From assembly GCA_013239625.1 (NCBI GenBank), contig MU057102.1, positions 2,133,432 to 2,197,431 of the forward strand: a stretch of 64,000 nucleotides of DNA, in the 5' to 3' direction. Shown here piece after piece: positions 25,560 to 41,329 of this stretch. The notes under the pieces were generated by a model. The model searched no databases and was not told the DNA's origin. It worked only from the letters and a program-made list of their open reading frames with translations. The DNA is from Lama guanicoe (Eukaryota). Numbering within the stretch: the stretch's first letter is position 1; the number at the start of each line of letters is the position of its first letter. A program made the position numbers and the translations under genes.

Positions 25560-25676
25560 CTGTTGCTTGGCCAGCATCGGGAGGATGACATCGGCCACCT
25601 GCCGGGACAGCCGCTTCCACTTGTCTTCGCTCTCCTTGTGGCACTGCTGCAGGACCAGGACGAACATCTCCAGCAC
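25560..25676 (-). CDS. HTT: HTT exon 37 (117 nt)
   Basis: gtgcag|GTGCTG...CAACAG|gtctgt; [39 protein letters not shown]. Confidence 0.97.
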
Positions 25677-26917
25677 CTGCACGAGGGATGGCACAGGTGG
25701 AGCGCCCCAAGGGGGCTGACGAGCCCCACGCAGCCCTCACCCCGACACGCGTGAGGGGGCCGCGGAAGACGACCCTGGGGCCCCTGCCGTCCCTACAGCC
25801 AGCGGAAAGGCACAGAAAGAAAACCAGACTCATCTCAACCTTTGGCACAACACAAGCACAGCCTGGGCCACGCTGTTCTGCAGCTGCCCTCTGCCTCTGT
25901 GTGCATTAGCTTCAGTCCCGTGCGCTCTGCGGGGGTGACCCCTCCTGAGGACAGCCTGCTCCCAAGGACGCTGGCGCGGCTCAGCACACGCCTGCGAGTG
26001 GTCACTTCTAAACAGAGACCCCTAAGAGACTGTGTTTGTAAACATGGTCTCCCTGGCGCACAGCCACTGTGCACACGCCGCCAGGACTGCTTCCGTGACA
26101 GCAGCTGCCACGTCGCCTGGAAGAGCTGAAATGTTTACCACCTGTTTGTTCACAGAAAAGTCTCGACCCGGTCTAAACGTACGAGCGATACAGACAGTGC
26201 CCACCGCCCTCCCTCGGCTGCCTCCCCTGCCCAGGGCCTGCCAGCACTTCTGCTCCAGGAACCACGCTGTGTCCGACTCTCCTCGTCAGGACCAGCGCGC
26301 CCCGTTCTCACAAACCAGGCCGGGAACTCCAGGAACACGTGGCAAAGCCGCCCTCTGGGCCTCCCACCAACCTGCGTGTCTGCCACAGGTCACGTGCTAG
26401 TTCTCAAATCTCTGGTCGCTGCACTTTTTATGTCATCATGGGATTCAATTAAACACTAAGCATTTAATTCAATATGACCAAATTAACCAGACTGAGAACA
26501 CACAAGAAAAGTGTTTCGATGAGAAAAGTTTATGACTTTATAAAGATTCAAAGACAAATAGCTGATTTACAAAAATAAGTGAGAAAGAGACAACTATACC
26601 AGCTAAAAAAAATGGGGGGGGGGAAACCTGACTTCTGCAGTTAGACTGCTTCAAACTATCCGAAATTCCTGCTCCTCCTTTAGAAAAACAAAGCCAGAAA
26701 TCAGCCCAAAGAACAAAACCGTGGCGTCAACACAGTGGTACAAAGGTACAGACAAAGCCTCTGGATTATTTCCGGTTTGAGATTTTTAAAGCCATTCTTT
26801 AGAATGCTACCACCGTGATCATCACTGTCGGCTAACTGATTTCTGATCCTCGTTTGGAAAAGAAGGCTCCACCATGTTTGCTACCTTGAATGGCCTTGGC
26901 CAGGCTGCACTGCCTTA

Positions 26918-27289
<372 letters not shown>

Positions 27290-28582
27290 TCAGGAACTGA
27301 GGACGCCCTAGTCCACGCTTGGCTCTGTGCTACGGGGTAAGTCCGGGTTGTGAACGATGAGTCGTGACATTATCTGTATACCATCATGGAAGGCCGGGGG
27401 TTTTCTCTGACACTCGATAATGTTGAAAACAAACCAGCAAACCTGGGGTTTCTGCGAAATAATGCTACTTCTGATACAAAGAGGCACAATTCAAAAGTCA
27501 AATTCAAAATAATAATACCTTCCAACTAACTAAAACAGCAACGTTCTAGTCTCATGCATAATCTGTTTAAAGATTCACCCGAAAAAACAGGTGTTTTGTC
27601 AATAGAAAACATTTAGTCAAAGTATTAGATTTCTATGCTATTCTAAGTAATTAAACTCACTCCTCTCATCAGAGGGTTTTCCCAAGTCTTGTTTTTATCC
27701 AAAACAATGAAGTAAATTTATTAGTCTAACAACAGCATACGAATAAACCATCTAAGAAATGCCTCACTGAAAGGGTGCAGCGCAGCCGTGTCACCAGGGT
27801 TAGTGAGAGGAGCACTCTCTCACCCTAGTGACCCCCGGCCCACCCCCATGCTCGCTGCCTTGTCCACAGGTGCCCGAGTTTCCCAGCAGAAAGCAGTGGG
27901 TTTGGCTGGCCATCAACTTTCTATCCAAAGACCCTCTGATCTGGGAAACCTTAGTCATCCCTCTACTTGACATTTGTGTTTCAACTCTATCCAGTGACCC
28001 CAAGGCCGTATGTGCAGCCACATGCCCATCTGCTGAGGTGTTAATGTGAGCCCCAGCACGGCTGTGACAGAGTGGAGCAGGTGTGGAGTGCGCGAGGGTC
28101 CAAGCCCCTGCCCCAACACACAGCTCGGTGGTCACCCCACGGCAGTGCGCAGAAAGGGGAACCCAAAGGCCGCCTACAGGGGTCTTAGGAGGTGCCCCGA
28201 CCATAGTTCAAAAGCCTGCAGATTCCTGACAACGGAGCTGGGAGCAATCAGTGGGAAAATGCTGAAAGGGCAGCTGAAAAAGTTCAAAGAAATAGTCACA
28301 GATCATTCTTAAAACCACACCGCCTCATTCCACAGGCTGGAAGGAGGCTGCCCTGAACAGCTGGCTGGCCATCTTCTGTGGCCTCATTTAAGCTCCGACA
28401 CAACAATCAGGCAGAGCAGAAGGCCCCGAATCAAGGCCAAACTATATCTTCCAACACCCCTGGGTAATAAATCCAGCGTCCTGACACGAGTTGGACTTTA
28501 AAGTGCTTTGTTGCATATGGACAGACCAGATAACCTGCGTCAGACTCTACCTGCGCCTCACGCTATCCCCTCGCTGCTTTTA

Positions 28583-28936
<354 letters not shown>

Positions 28937-29810
28937 TTAGACACTTCCGTTTAAAAGAGAAGATAATCAATACAAACAGCATAAAACTCCTCACGGTGCA
29001 AAGCCAAGAGAGCGCACGTGAGAAACGGGGAGGGGGGGGGGCGCAGGCCGAGCTGAAGGTCCCGCCCCCGGGTGGGCGCGCCGCACGGCTGGGCGGCCTG
29101 GACGGTCAGCAGGCTCTGCGCGTGGGGCGGGCGCCCAGGGCACTGGGTGCCCAGGGGTGCAGCCCCGGCCTCTCCACGCGCCCTTCGCTCACAGCTGCAG
29201 ACACTGAGACCCAAGGGAGGAAGAGCAACTTGCCTCCAACCACACAGTCAAGGTGTCTCACAGTGAGAACAAGACACTGGGTCTCTAGGCCAATGAGGCC
29301 CTCGGGACATGCCCTCCTGCACTGCTTCCCTGCTAGTAAGTAGTTCAGAAACTGAAGAACTTTAATTTTCAATAATTATATACCTACAACTGGCAGAGCA
29401 GGAAGCATTAAAACCTCACTGTCTAAAAGGAAAAGCTGCAGTTAATGCAAGTGAAGTGCGTAATAGTCACCTTCACTGAAGGAAGCCACACCTAAAACCG
29501 TCTTCTCTAAGAAAACCCCGTGTTCTATCAAATGAGATTTCACTTGGCAAACACAACGAAATGCTTTGCAACGTGAAATGAAAACAGACAACGTGGGATT
29601 ATCAGACGCAGAACTACTTCTAGACGAGGCTCGAGATACTTGATCATTTTTAAGGGAAATAAAACCCCGCAGCATGTTAATCAGGTTTCCATTAAAACCA
29701 ATGCCTAGCAACAACGCCGAGCGACCCTTTAAGCTAACGTTCATGTTAACCTGAAGTTACACACAGTCACATCCCAAGGACAGGAGCTCTAAGATAGAAA
29801 ACGCTGTTAC

Positions 29811-29866
29811 CGAAACTGGCCAACTTCAATGTACTCAAACTGCTTCAGCACAAATCCAATGAACAC
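29811..29866 (-). CDS. HTT: HTT exon 34 (56 nt)
   Basis: ttgtag|GTGTTC...TTTCG|gtaaca; VFIGFVLKQFEYIEVGQFR. Confidence 0.96.
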
Positions 29867-31059
29867 CTACAAGCAGGGAAATAAAAATTTCACGTCAATT
29901 TAATGTGCAAACTAGGTTACTTTCCCTCACACTCACTTGCGTAAACCTTTAACAAGTTTGCCAACAGTAGGTTAATTTGTCTGTGTACAAGAACTCAAAC
30001 GCATCCTACTGTCAGACTGGATACCTTCAAGACACTTTCAGGAATCCATCCCTTCAAACACATTTACTCAACACGGAGGTGGAACCTCTTTGGAAACAAT
30101 AAATTCCAGGAGACACCAGGGAGCACCCAAGACACACAGCAGGACTAGCTGGTTCCCGTTCGTGGCAAACCAAACGGCAGGAATTTCCAGACACTGGTTT
30201 ACAGGTAAGATGCCCAAGTCAGCCCATCTCCTCCCTCCCACCACCCCAGGATCTGAAGGAGCGGGAATCCGAGGGGGTGCTGAGGGTGAGGGGTGGCCGC
30301 GAGGAGCAGAGGCAGGACGTTAGGCCTGGATCAGGGCCAGTTTTGCTCCAAGCACCAGGCTCTGTCCCACCAGAAGCATGGGACTTGCTCCACGTGCTCT
30401 CCCAGCCCCTGGGCGAGACACACACAGCAGTGCTCAGGAAGTCACCATCTGGCCCGAGTGAAACCACTTCCCTATTCCAGTTTTCCCTCCTTGTTCAAAA
30501 AACTGTCACTGTACTGAATCTGGGAACCAGGGAGAAGGGGTGCTGAGTGATAAATGCAAATCACAACTAACGTGAGTGAGGCTCGAGTGCTCATGGCAAG
30601 AAAACCTGACACTGCCAGCAAAGAGGTCACGGAGGCCTTGGGGGCGAGCTGCAGGCTTCTGTGCACCTGCAGAGAGCGGAGGGGCGTGGGGCATGCTGCA
30701 CCTCCTCTCTCCACACCCACATCTGATGACCTAAAGGCCACTGCATCTGCAGGGAATTTAGCCGGCGTGAATCCTGCTGTAGGAGAATTTGCATCACGAA
30801 GTTGACACGACTTCCAGAGTCACCTGTGCCTGAGGAAGGGGCAGCAGCTGAGGTCCAGCAGCGCTCAGGCCGGCCCAGACACAGCCACCAGGGACTGCAG
30901 GAGCACGCGTCAGGGCTGCCCTGGGAGACCGCGCTCCTGTCAAAGCCGGGAGCTACCTCCAGACTGTGAGACGGAGCATCACAGCTGCTCGTCAGTTTAA
31001 AATAAGACTCTGGGTTCTGCAAAGTGTCCCCCCAAACGATAAATCTCAATTACATCCTA

Positions 31060-31518
<459 letters not shown>

Positions 31519-31535
31519 TCACGGGTGAGTCTTCA

Positions 31536-31844
<309 letters not shown>

Positions 31845-32948
31845 TCAGTCAAAACAGAGTTTACAGCTGACTGACAGCCATCAAATCCTGTCGCCCGAAG
31901 CAGGCCACCGCAGACAGAGCTTTCCTCTGCCACAGAAATTCACTGCTCGGCCCAGTCTGCGGTGGGGCTGAGAGGCGACAGTCACTTGAAAGACTCAGTG
32001 ACTTAGAAGACATCACTTGATTTTCTTGGGAAAAACTTTCTTTAAATATTTACATCAATTATACATGCCCTTTCCTTTTTGTGAAACAGATACAGAATTA
32101 AATGACAATAATCAGACACTTGTCTTATTTATCCCCACGTTATTAGACAAGGTATTAAAGAGCCTTGTTTCTGAAACTTGAGAAACTGTACGAAGGGCAC
32201 CAACGTAAAGCCCCACACATGGGGCATTTTCATAAACTGCTGCAGCACTTGAACCGCAGCTGTTCCACCCCTGCATCTATGCAGAGAAACACAAGGAATT
32301 CCACTGTCACTACAGAGTAGGAGCTCAAGTATCTGCGAATAATTCATAGCAATTTAAGAAACAACTACTGTAACTCCGGGCCTCACAAACACAACCATAA
32401 ATTTAAGTGAAGACTTTCAGCCACAAAGTTACAAAACAGAGCTCTACCACCCAGGATTCTTCTATGCTCCCCAAATACCCTGACGCACTGGCACCACCGG
32501 GTGACCTCAGCTACCAGCCCCAAAAGTGCCACCAACACACAGCGTCCCGCTCTAAAGGGAGCGTTGTTCACGAGCCCGGTTACTTCGCCGTGCCTGGCCA
32601 CCTGAGGACTCTGCGTGGCCCCCTCTGGTTCACTGGCACCGTCGGGCGGGGGCCCTCGCCGCCCCCAGGGAGCTGCTCTGTGCTCCTCTTCCTCCAGCCC
32701 AGCCTCTCTGAGATAGTAAAAGCCCCAGACCTCGTCTCACTCCCTGGACTGCCCACTTCTCTGAAGGCAGGGGCCATGCCTTCAGCATCTTTGCAGCAAT
32801 CATGCTTCCCAGAGCTCTCCGAACACAAAAAACTATTAGAAGGTGCTGGCTAACTTATTTTTTACAAATTATTCACTGCTTGCTCTTTCACTCTTCTACT
32901 AAAGACGCATCCTGACCCCACTGCTGCGGCCAGAACAGTGGGAGGTTA

Positions 32949-33173
<225 letters not shown>

Positions 33174-33557
33174 CTAGAGGGAAAGGATTGAAACCATCAA
33201 CGCTGGACTTCACGTAGCACGAGCAACACTTTAAGACCCCCCCCCAGCCAAATCTCAAATCCACCTGTAGGCAACTGGCTACAATCAGCAAACCCAGGCT
33301 GTGGGGGGCACTGCAGGGACACTGGGACAGCAGGTAAGCAGTGAGGGCCCAGCTTCTCGTGCCCTCTGCCCTCCACGGCGTCGGCCTCCCCTCCAGGAGA
33401 GGGAGGGCGGGAGGAGGACCCCTCTTGGTCCAGTAACGCAGAGAGCAAAGGAGTGACGCGTGGGGCTGCCAGGCATGCCACCGGCACCACCTCCCAGTGA
33501 CAGGCAGCACTGCATCACCGCGCCCAGCGAAGGGCTTCAGACACACCACCTTCTCAC

Positions 33558-33635
33558 CTGCTGGACACACACAGTCGCCATGGTCGGCTCCCGACTGAAG
33601 CAGGACTTCAGGTACCCGAGGATCTCCTCAACACA
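33558..33635 (-). CDS. HTT: HTT exon 30 (78 nt)
   Basis: ccacag|TGTGTT...CAGCAG|gtgaga; [26 protein letters not shown]. Confidence 0.97.
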
Positions 33636-34059
33636 CTGTGGAGAGACAGGCGGGGGAGGTTCAAGTGAGTGACTCACGGGCGACATCCTGCTGCTGGGAC
33701 ATCAGACGGTGCCCGTGGAAACCACGCCCAGTAGCAAAGTCGAGGGGGCTCAGAGGCAGCTCTCCACCTTCCATCGTGAGCAGAGACAGCCAGTGAAAAC
33801 CACTGACATCCAAGTGGCTGTATCCCACTCTTCCTTTCGTGCATCAGATACCCACTCGCTCGTTCAGACACCACCCAAGTGCCCACTGCCCCCAGCACCC
33901 AGAGCCACCCTGGGAGCAGGATGCTGAGCGCAGAGGCGGCAAAGGCCATGCGTCTGCAGGCCCCCGCACACATCCAGCTGCGTGTGGCATGTCAAGTGCG
34001 ATTTATTACAAGAAGTCTTACAAGTGCCCTGCAGCAGTCTGCAAAAACAGCCAAGATTC

Positions 34060-34190
34060 GGGGGGAGGGTACAGCTGAGTGGCAGAGCCCGCCCCCAGCA
34101 TGCACGAGCTCCTGGGTTCAATCCCCAGTGCCTTCGTCAAAACAAATCAACGCCTAACGACCTCTCCCCAAAAGACAGAAGTAACCAAGC
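34060..34190 (+). mobile_element. tRNA-derived SINE of the camelid type (vic-1-like)
   Basis: gggggagggtacagctgagtggcagag...agcatgcacgagctcctgggttcaatccccagt has an A-box-like motif and B-box GGTTCAATCC, then aaacaaatcaacgcctaacgacctctcccc and an A-rich tail; possible degenerate target-site duplication aaaacagccaaga/aaaacaaccgaga. Confidence 0.8.
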
Positions 34191-35791
34191 AAAACAACCG
34201 AGACGACTGGCTTCAAAGGACTTTCCTCCCAGACTGCCCGCTGTCCTCGGAAACGAGGTCCTCTTGAAGAACCGAGAAGGACGGAGTCACAGAGACACAA
34301 ACCAGTCAGGGCACTAGCGTCGAAGGCACACCGGCCCCTCACTGCCACCCGGTCACCACCACTGCTTCCACCACACAAATTAGACTGGAGACGCCTCTCA
34401 CTTCATTTGCTTGGTATAATTTCCTGCACTCAAAAGCAACAGACTTCTGCTGGCTTCAAATACTCCCGGCCAAATATTTTTAATATCCTGGTTTACTCCA
34501 AACAGACTCGGCCAACCTCTGCAGGGCTGAGCCTCGCATGCCCCCAGCTCACAGCAGGTGTCCGATGGGCTAGGAAGGGAAGAAGTACGGCAAGGCCCTT
34601 GCACGTCACACCCAGGCTCCGAGGAGCCGTCTCTGCTAACAACCGTGCACAGGGCGCTCGGTGCGCCCCAGAGACTGAGCTGGGCACTGAAAACGGGGAG
34701 GAAAGGTTGCTGTTAGCAGCCTCCTGAGTGTCCAGAGTAACACGGAAGCGTGTCCCCAGCACGAGTATTAATACACAATGGAACAGAGAGGCCTCCTTTT
34801 CTGGCCGATATGGGGCAAGAGGGACCAGATCTACCCTACACCCAGACAACCAAAAACACCCACACAACATACGAAACCACAGTTCCAAGACCCTGAACAG
34901 AAGGCAGAGAGGTCGGAGAGGTGGGAGCGGAGCCCAGGGAGCCCCACAGCTGCCCGGCCCCTGCCCTCAGAGAGCCTCCACGTCGCAGGAAGAGGGGCAG
35001 AGCAGAGCCCCGGGGACCCCAGGGCGAGGAGCCGAGAGTTGGGGACATGGAAATAATGAGAGTTCATGGGACAAGGACTGGAGACCCGGGGAGACGCTGA
35101 GTGTGCAACAGGGAACCAAACAACACGTGTGCAGGGAAACCGCCCGAGGCAGGGGGACTCATCAGAGGCAACCGGGGGAGCAGCGCCCAGTGCTCCCACG
35201 GGGCTGGGGACGGCAGCCGGTCCCCGGGCCGGGCAGGGCCCGCAGTAACCTGAGCCCAGGAAGGCCTTGCTCGCTGGGGAGTCATCGGCCCTAGACTAAG
35301 CACAGCTCCGACCACTCAACTCATGTGCGGGAACCTGCAAGGACGGCCGGGGAGAAACGTGAGGTGACGTGGGTAACGATCACCACGAGGTGAGCTTCAC
35401 GCGTGTCAAAGAGAGATTCAGAAAAACGGAGACAAACGAACTTCATTAGTCTCCACTTAAAGGAGACGAGTTTAACACAGGCTGCCGGTGACTCACGGCA
35501 GGCGGATACACACACAGCCAGGCAAACGGGCGGAGCGTGAGCCGCGGGACCTGGGCCGTGGACACACGGACGGGCGCACCACGCCAAACGCTCGGCCACC
35601 TCCGTGTAAGTCAGGTGGGGCGGGGGTTGGAGCCAAAGTACACGCGCCTCGAGCACGGCTCTGCCATCACCCAAGGTCCCAAAGGAGCCAGCCACACCCC
35701 CTAGACTGAGCTGACCTCTCCAGGTGCGATGGTCCAGTAAGATGAAGGACTCTGTCAGCAGGTTTCTAAACCCACCAATTTTTAAATTTCA

Positions 35792-36325
<534 letters not shown>

Positions 36326-37599
36326 CTATCGTAACGAGAAAAAAACTGTCAACATCCATCATAATCAGTACCTGACCAGCAGCACATCAAAAACACAAAG
36401 GTCACGTCCTACTCCACGTACATCAGGGCCCCTGGGGAGTCCTATCTAATTCGGACGCCGCCTTTCAGTCTGGCCACAACAAAATACTAAATCAGTCTTA
36501 AGAGGTACAAAGCTGCGACTCTGAAGGACCCAGACTCACTGAATTGCGGCAGGGATTTCCCCACTTAGCAGACGGAGAGTAGGGTCAGGTCCAGAGACAC
36601 CGTGTATGTAAGAACAGGGTGAGGGGAGGGACTGACTGAAAATAAACACTGCAAAAACCCTACAAACCACCACAATAAATAGAAAGGAATTCGCTCACGG
36701 AAATAAAACCTACTCACTCAGGATGAAAGAGAGAAACATTTTCCAGGCAAAGAGAGAGGAAAGCAGGCAAGCGGCAGCACAGAGTGAACGTGGAAGTGGC
36801 CTCAAGCCTGCGGCCACGCCGAGGCCCGCCTGAGGGGCATACACCAGGCCGAAGAGCAGGGCACCCCGGAGGGAGACCCCGAAGACCCGGGGCGGGCTGT
36901 GGCTGGACGCCGTCTCCTGGGGAGGCGGGGGGGGTCACCTCCAGGGGCACAGGATGATGGTGAGGAGAGCGGCAAGAGAGCATGGGAGGGGCCTTTCCTG
37001 AACAGCAGAGGGAGAACGAGGACCAGAGGGTCTGAGGAGAGCCAAGAAGGACTTGGAGACCAAGGAGACAAACCAGGGGAGTGTGAGAGGCTGACGGGGC
37101 CTGAGGAGTGTGAGAGAGGCGGGAGGCCAACGGGAGCAGAAGAGCTGACGGGGGTGGGGGCGGCCTCGGCGTGCCAGCAGCTTTCTGCACCACACCCCGT
37201 CCGGAAGCCGCCTGCCCACCCGGGGACACAGGAGGCACAGGGCCGAGGGGGACCCAAGAACGTGAAGAGGCTCAGCTGGAGCCCAGGCCCTCGGGGGGAA
37301 GCGGTGACGGGGGGAAATGACAGAGGGGCGCTGCAGGCCCCAGAACTGACGATGACGAAGTTGAAAACAGGTGGACGAGAAACACCTTCTCTGTGTGGGG
37401 TTTTAAACACACCCTCCTCTACTCGGGGGCTGACATGAGAAGCATCCAGCTCAACAGGCCTTCAAATCTGTGAAATGCAGTTGAAGATTTTTATCTTTCA
37501 AAGTTATCTATATCCTTCAGAAAAGCCAGATAAACTTCATAATGGTTTAAAAAATTTTAGATGTATTATTAGTAACCCAAAAAAACCAAAAAAACAAAA

Positions 37600-38920
37600 A
37601 AAAGACTGAGTCACATTTATAAAGAAACGTGCAAAACCTATGTGAAGCAATCTTTTAAAATTATTTTTAAATCCTTTAAATTTCATGTGCTTCTGAGGCA
37701 CATACAAGAAGTTTTCAGGATACAAAAAAAGCACCTCACACTTAATACTTCATTAAGATAGATTTAGCATCGAAGGTATCAGTTCTCCCTAAATTAATCT
37801 ACAAATTTAATATAATCTCAACAGAAATACCGTCAGAATTCTTTGGAATTAGATAAGCTTACTCTAGTGTTCACATGCAATAATAAATAAAAATATCCTG
37901 GAAAATGCTAAAGAAAATGAGGTATCTAATTGCCTCAAAAATACACTGTGAAGCTACAATAATCAGGAAGTGTGCTTCTAATGGATGAACAGATGGACAG
38001 ACTGACACAGTAAAGCAGTAAATGAAACTGCAGAACTGTGAGAAGTCAGTGTGTGATAAAGGCAGTGTTCCAAACTGGTCAGTGCTGGAAACGGATGACG
38101 TGGGGCACCGTGCAGGGGCAGCCAGTTAGGAGCTGGGAAAGAAATTAAGTGAGCACCATACTTCACATCTTACGTAAATCACAGACAGTAAACTTTCCAC
38201 TTACAAAAATGGAACAGGATTAAAAAATGAAAAGCCCTAAAAGAAGCCACGAGGGCCTGCCTGACTCACCCAGGGGAGAAAGCCCTACGCACGGAACTGC
38301 CCACGCGGCCGCTGTCCCGCCAGAGGCCTGCTCGCAGGCTGGCCCTGGGGCGCCTGGGACCTCGGCCAGTAAACGTCCCACACTGACAGCCAATGTCCCC
38401 TGGCAAGCAGGTGGTTCACAGCGCCTGGACCGTGTGAATAAATGGCGTGCTGACTGAACACGCACTCCCTCGGCGTGCATTCGGGTCAGCCTGGGTGTGC
38501 GGGCAGAGGGGCCTCTGTAACCTGCACGTGGCAGCGTTTCCGTAGCTGGGGGACAAGTGTGCTCCATGTGGCCCTTGCGGGGGAGACTGCTCCAGACCCC
38601 ACCCAGGTCGCCTCCCCCAGGTGTGGCTGTGTCCTCATCACAGTGCTGAAGAGTCAAAGCTGTGGGTCCTTCTAGTGGGTCCCTGAATGTCGGGCAGTCA
38701 CGCGGCACCCAGACATAGCACCGCCAAGTCATAAAGGGCTCATCTTGCCAATGAAAATCCTGAATTTTTGTGTGATGGAAGCGACGTAAACAAAGCTGAA
38801 AGGTGAAGTTGAGAAAACTGACTCATATCCCAAAGGCCTAACTTACTTATCTGTATGTGTATCACCTACAAATCTTAAGAAAAACATCAACAACCCTTTG
38901 AAATGTGTGAACGAGCATCT
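37600..38920 (+). mobile_element. Old L1M ORF2 remnant, interrupted by an LTR
   Basis: tcagttctccctaaattaatctacaaatttaatataatctcaacagaaatacc...aagctacaataatca; resumes after 38720 as aaacaaagctgaaagg...ctacaaatcttaagaaaaacatcaacaaccc. Confidence 0.75.
38286..38715. mobile_element. ERVL-type solo LTR (MER68/MER77/MER21-like)
   Basis: aggcctgctcgcaggctggccctggggcgcctgggacctcgg...gctgaac...ggcagaggggcc...tgtgggtccttctagtgggtccctgaatgtcggg...cacccagaca matches the remembered layout of this family. Confidence 0.65.
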
Positions 38921-38940
38921 TTTTATAAAAGAAGCAGTAC

Positions 38941-39068
38941 CTTGTAGTTTGCGTGAGTAGCTTTCAGGACATCGTGCAATTTGAGGTACGAAGGAAGGTG
39001 ATAGAAACTCCCCAGTGATGAGGACTTGTTTGCTGTGACGGGTCCTGGGACGTCAGATTGTCGAGAGG
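38941..39068 (-). CDS. HTT: HTT exon 28 (128 nt)
   Basis: ttaaag|CCTCTC...TACAAG|gtactg; [42 protein letters not shown]. Confidence 0.97.
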
Positions 39069-40395
39069 CTTTAAAAACACGTACACACAGAAAATAAATT
39101 GTTACATCAAAAGCAAACACTCACCAAGTTTAAAAGAGAATTACTGATTTACAAAGTATTCTAGTGGGAAAAATCTCGAATTTTTCCTCTGGCTTTTGAT
39201 TAATCAGAAGTAACCAGAAGCTGACTAACAGGCACAAGCAGATTCTGGGTGCCTCCCGAAATGCTAAAGTGAAGTACGGACAGGAAAGCCGTGCGATGCT
39301 AGCGTCTGGCTGCCGGTTCGTGAGTCTGAGGAACAGCCAACTCAGCGGCCTCCGGTCCATCTCAAACCGCTCGGAGCGCAAGGCGCCCAGGGGCACAGGG
39401 AGCTGACCCCCGGCCCGCTGAGGTCACGGGCCCTGCGAGCACCACAGGAGGAGCGGGCGTGGCCTGACACCGTACGGGTGCACACGGCACCATTAAGCGG
39501 ACACTAAACATTAAGTGCCACGCGCTACGTGAGGCTCTGAAGACTCGGGATTTGGAGCCCTTCGTCTGCTAAGCCCTCGGCACGGGGACCAGGCAAACGC
39601 TGGTAACTGCATTCATAAGGCTCTGAAGCTCTTCAGCTGGTGAATCTCCCACCAGCACCGTCGTCAGTCCTTGGAAAACGGCGTCTTTTAAAAGCGTTAA
39701 CACAAATGCTCCACAAGCAGAAGGGACGCAAGTCGTGTCCGGCCCGGCACTGAGATGGGAGTGGTGGGGAGGAGCCCAGCCGGGCGTGGTCACCTCCTGC
39801 TCGGCCGCCGCTGTCCCTGTGCGCCTCAAGAGCAGCACAGACCGCGTGACCCCAGTCACATCGCACCCTGGCCCCCTCTGTTCCGAGATGCTCCCCTGCA
39901 AGCATCCGAGAGCCTCCAGGTTCCTCTCACTCGGCTGGTCGTGTCCCCACTGTGCTGCCCCCAGCCCTCCCGAAGGCACACCGTCCGCTCGCCGTTTCAG
40001 GGCTCTCCACGCATCAGAATCAACGATTCCACCTGCCACGTCTACCCCGCCCACCTTCCTGAAAGCAGAGCACCTCCCACCCCGTCCTGCGGTGAGGAGA
40101 GGGGAGGAGGCGGCCAGCGAGCTCCTTGCTGTGGCCGGACGCCTACACTCCTGGGACCCCTTGTGAGCAAGTGACAGGGGCACGCTCTACACCAAAACGC
40201 GGTCTGTGCACACTCAGTAAACTAACATTCACTATCTGAAACCAGACCTGGGAAACCATGTCCCTGGCCTCACTGTGTGTTTTATTTCCCCAGGCCAACC
40301 AGTTACGATATTGACCATGACGTGAGCATAAGCTTCAGATCTCAATTTCCACACTACAAACGGTGCCCCACCCCTCTCCCCGCCACGCCGCGCAC

Positions 40396-40522
40396 CTGGA
40401 CTGGCCTCGCCGCCTTTCCTGGGGCTCACGGGCACAGACGGCGGCTCCCCCGCCTCCTTCTCTTTCCCCTTCCGCCGGATTGGACTCAGAGAAGGGGGGT
40501 TGGTTAGAGACGGCAGGGCGGC
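40396..40522 (-). CDS. HTT: HTT exon 27 (127 nt)
   Basis: tttcag|GCCGCC...GTCCAG|gtgcgc; [42 protein letters not shown]. Confidence 0.96.
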
Positions 40523-41088
40523 CTGAAACGGAAAACACTGGCTGTGAAGGGCGCACACCCAGCGCAGGGCTGAGCACCGCGGCACGCAGGCCGCCATGCG
40601 CGGGGAAGAACCGGCCCACGCAACTCACCTCCCACCTGGAAGCCAGTTCGGTCTGCACCCCGAGCCCACGGCCACGGAGCTCGGCCACCGCACGCACACC
40701 ACCCCCTCCAAGCCCCGCAGCGGTGGCAGCAGGCTCCGGGCGCCGTGGCGTGAAAGGAGCGCAACGTTTTAAACTCCGCTTTTCAAACGAGTTAACAGGC
40801 AAGCTTGGTGGCATGTGAATTACACTGTAACTGTGTGATGTAAATGACGCTGTTCAAAAAAAAAAGGCCACCGCAGTGGTCCAAATGCTACACTCCACCA
40901 GCCTGGAGCAGAGCAGGGACGGGGAACACAGAAGAGTGTGTTCACATGTGTGTCCGCAGATGTCTGTGCATGTGCACATCAGCACGTGGGCTTTTCTGTG
41001 AGATGCTCCGAAGGGAACACAAAGAACGTGATGGGAGAAATGGAGAGCTGTGACAGCTCTCATCCTCCAGCTTGACAAACACAAAGCA

Positions 41089-41172
41089 GGGAAGCCCAGG
41101 GGCAGGCGCCGGCAGGGGGGGACGGGGAAGCCCAGGGGCAGGCGCCGGCTGGGGGGGGACGAGGAAGCCCAG
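41089..41172. repeat. 36/37-bp G-rich tandem repeat (about 2.3 copies)
   Basis: ggaagcccaggggcaggcgccggc(a/t)gggggggacg repeated at 41090 and 41126, partial third copy at 41163. Confidence 0.9.
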
Positions 41173-41329
41173 CTAGAGCCCGTGTGAGATCCCTCCAAGG
41201 AGAAGCGCCCAGTGGCAGCTGGCCACACCGGCCGGCGCTACGAGGACAGGCTGGGGTCTCCGACGTTCAGGTTGTGAGGGCCAGAGAGCAGACCTGACTA
41301 CCTGGGGCTGCCCAGTCCCCCGGGGAGCA

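Noticed and set aside
34060-34135. tRNA-like sequence with A and B boxes
   Set aside because: Degenerate, no complete cloverleaf, and followed by a SINE tail; called as a SINE, not a tRNA gene
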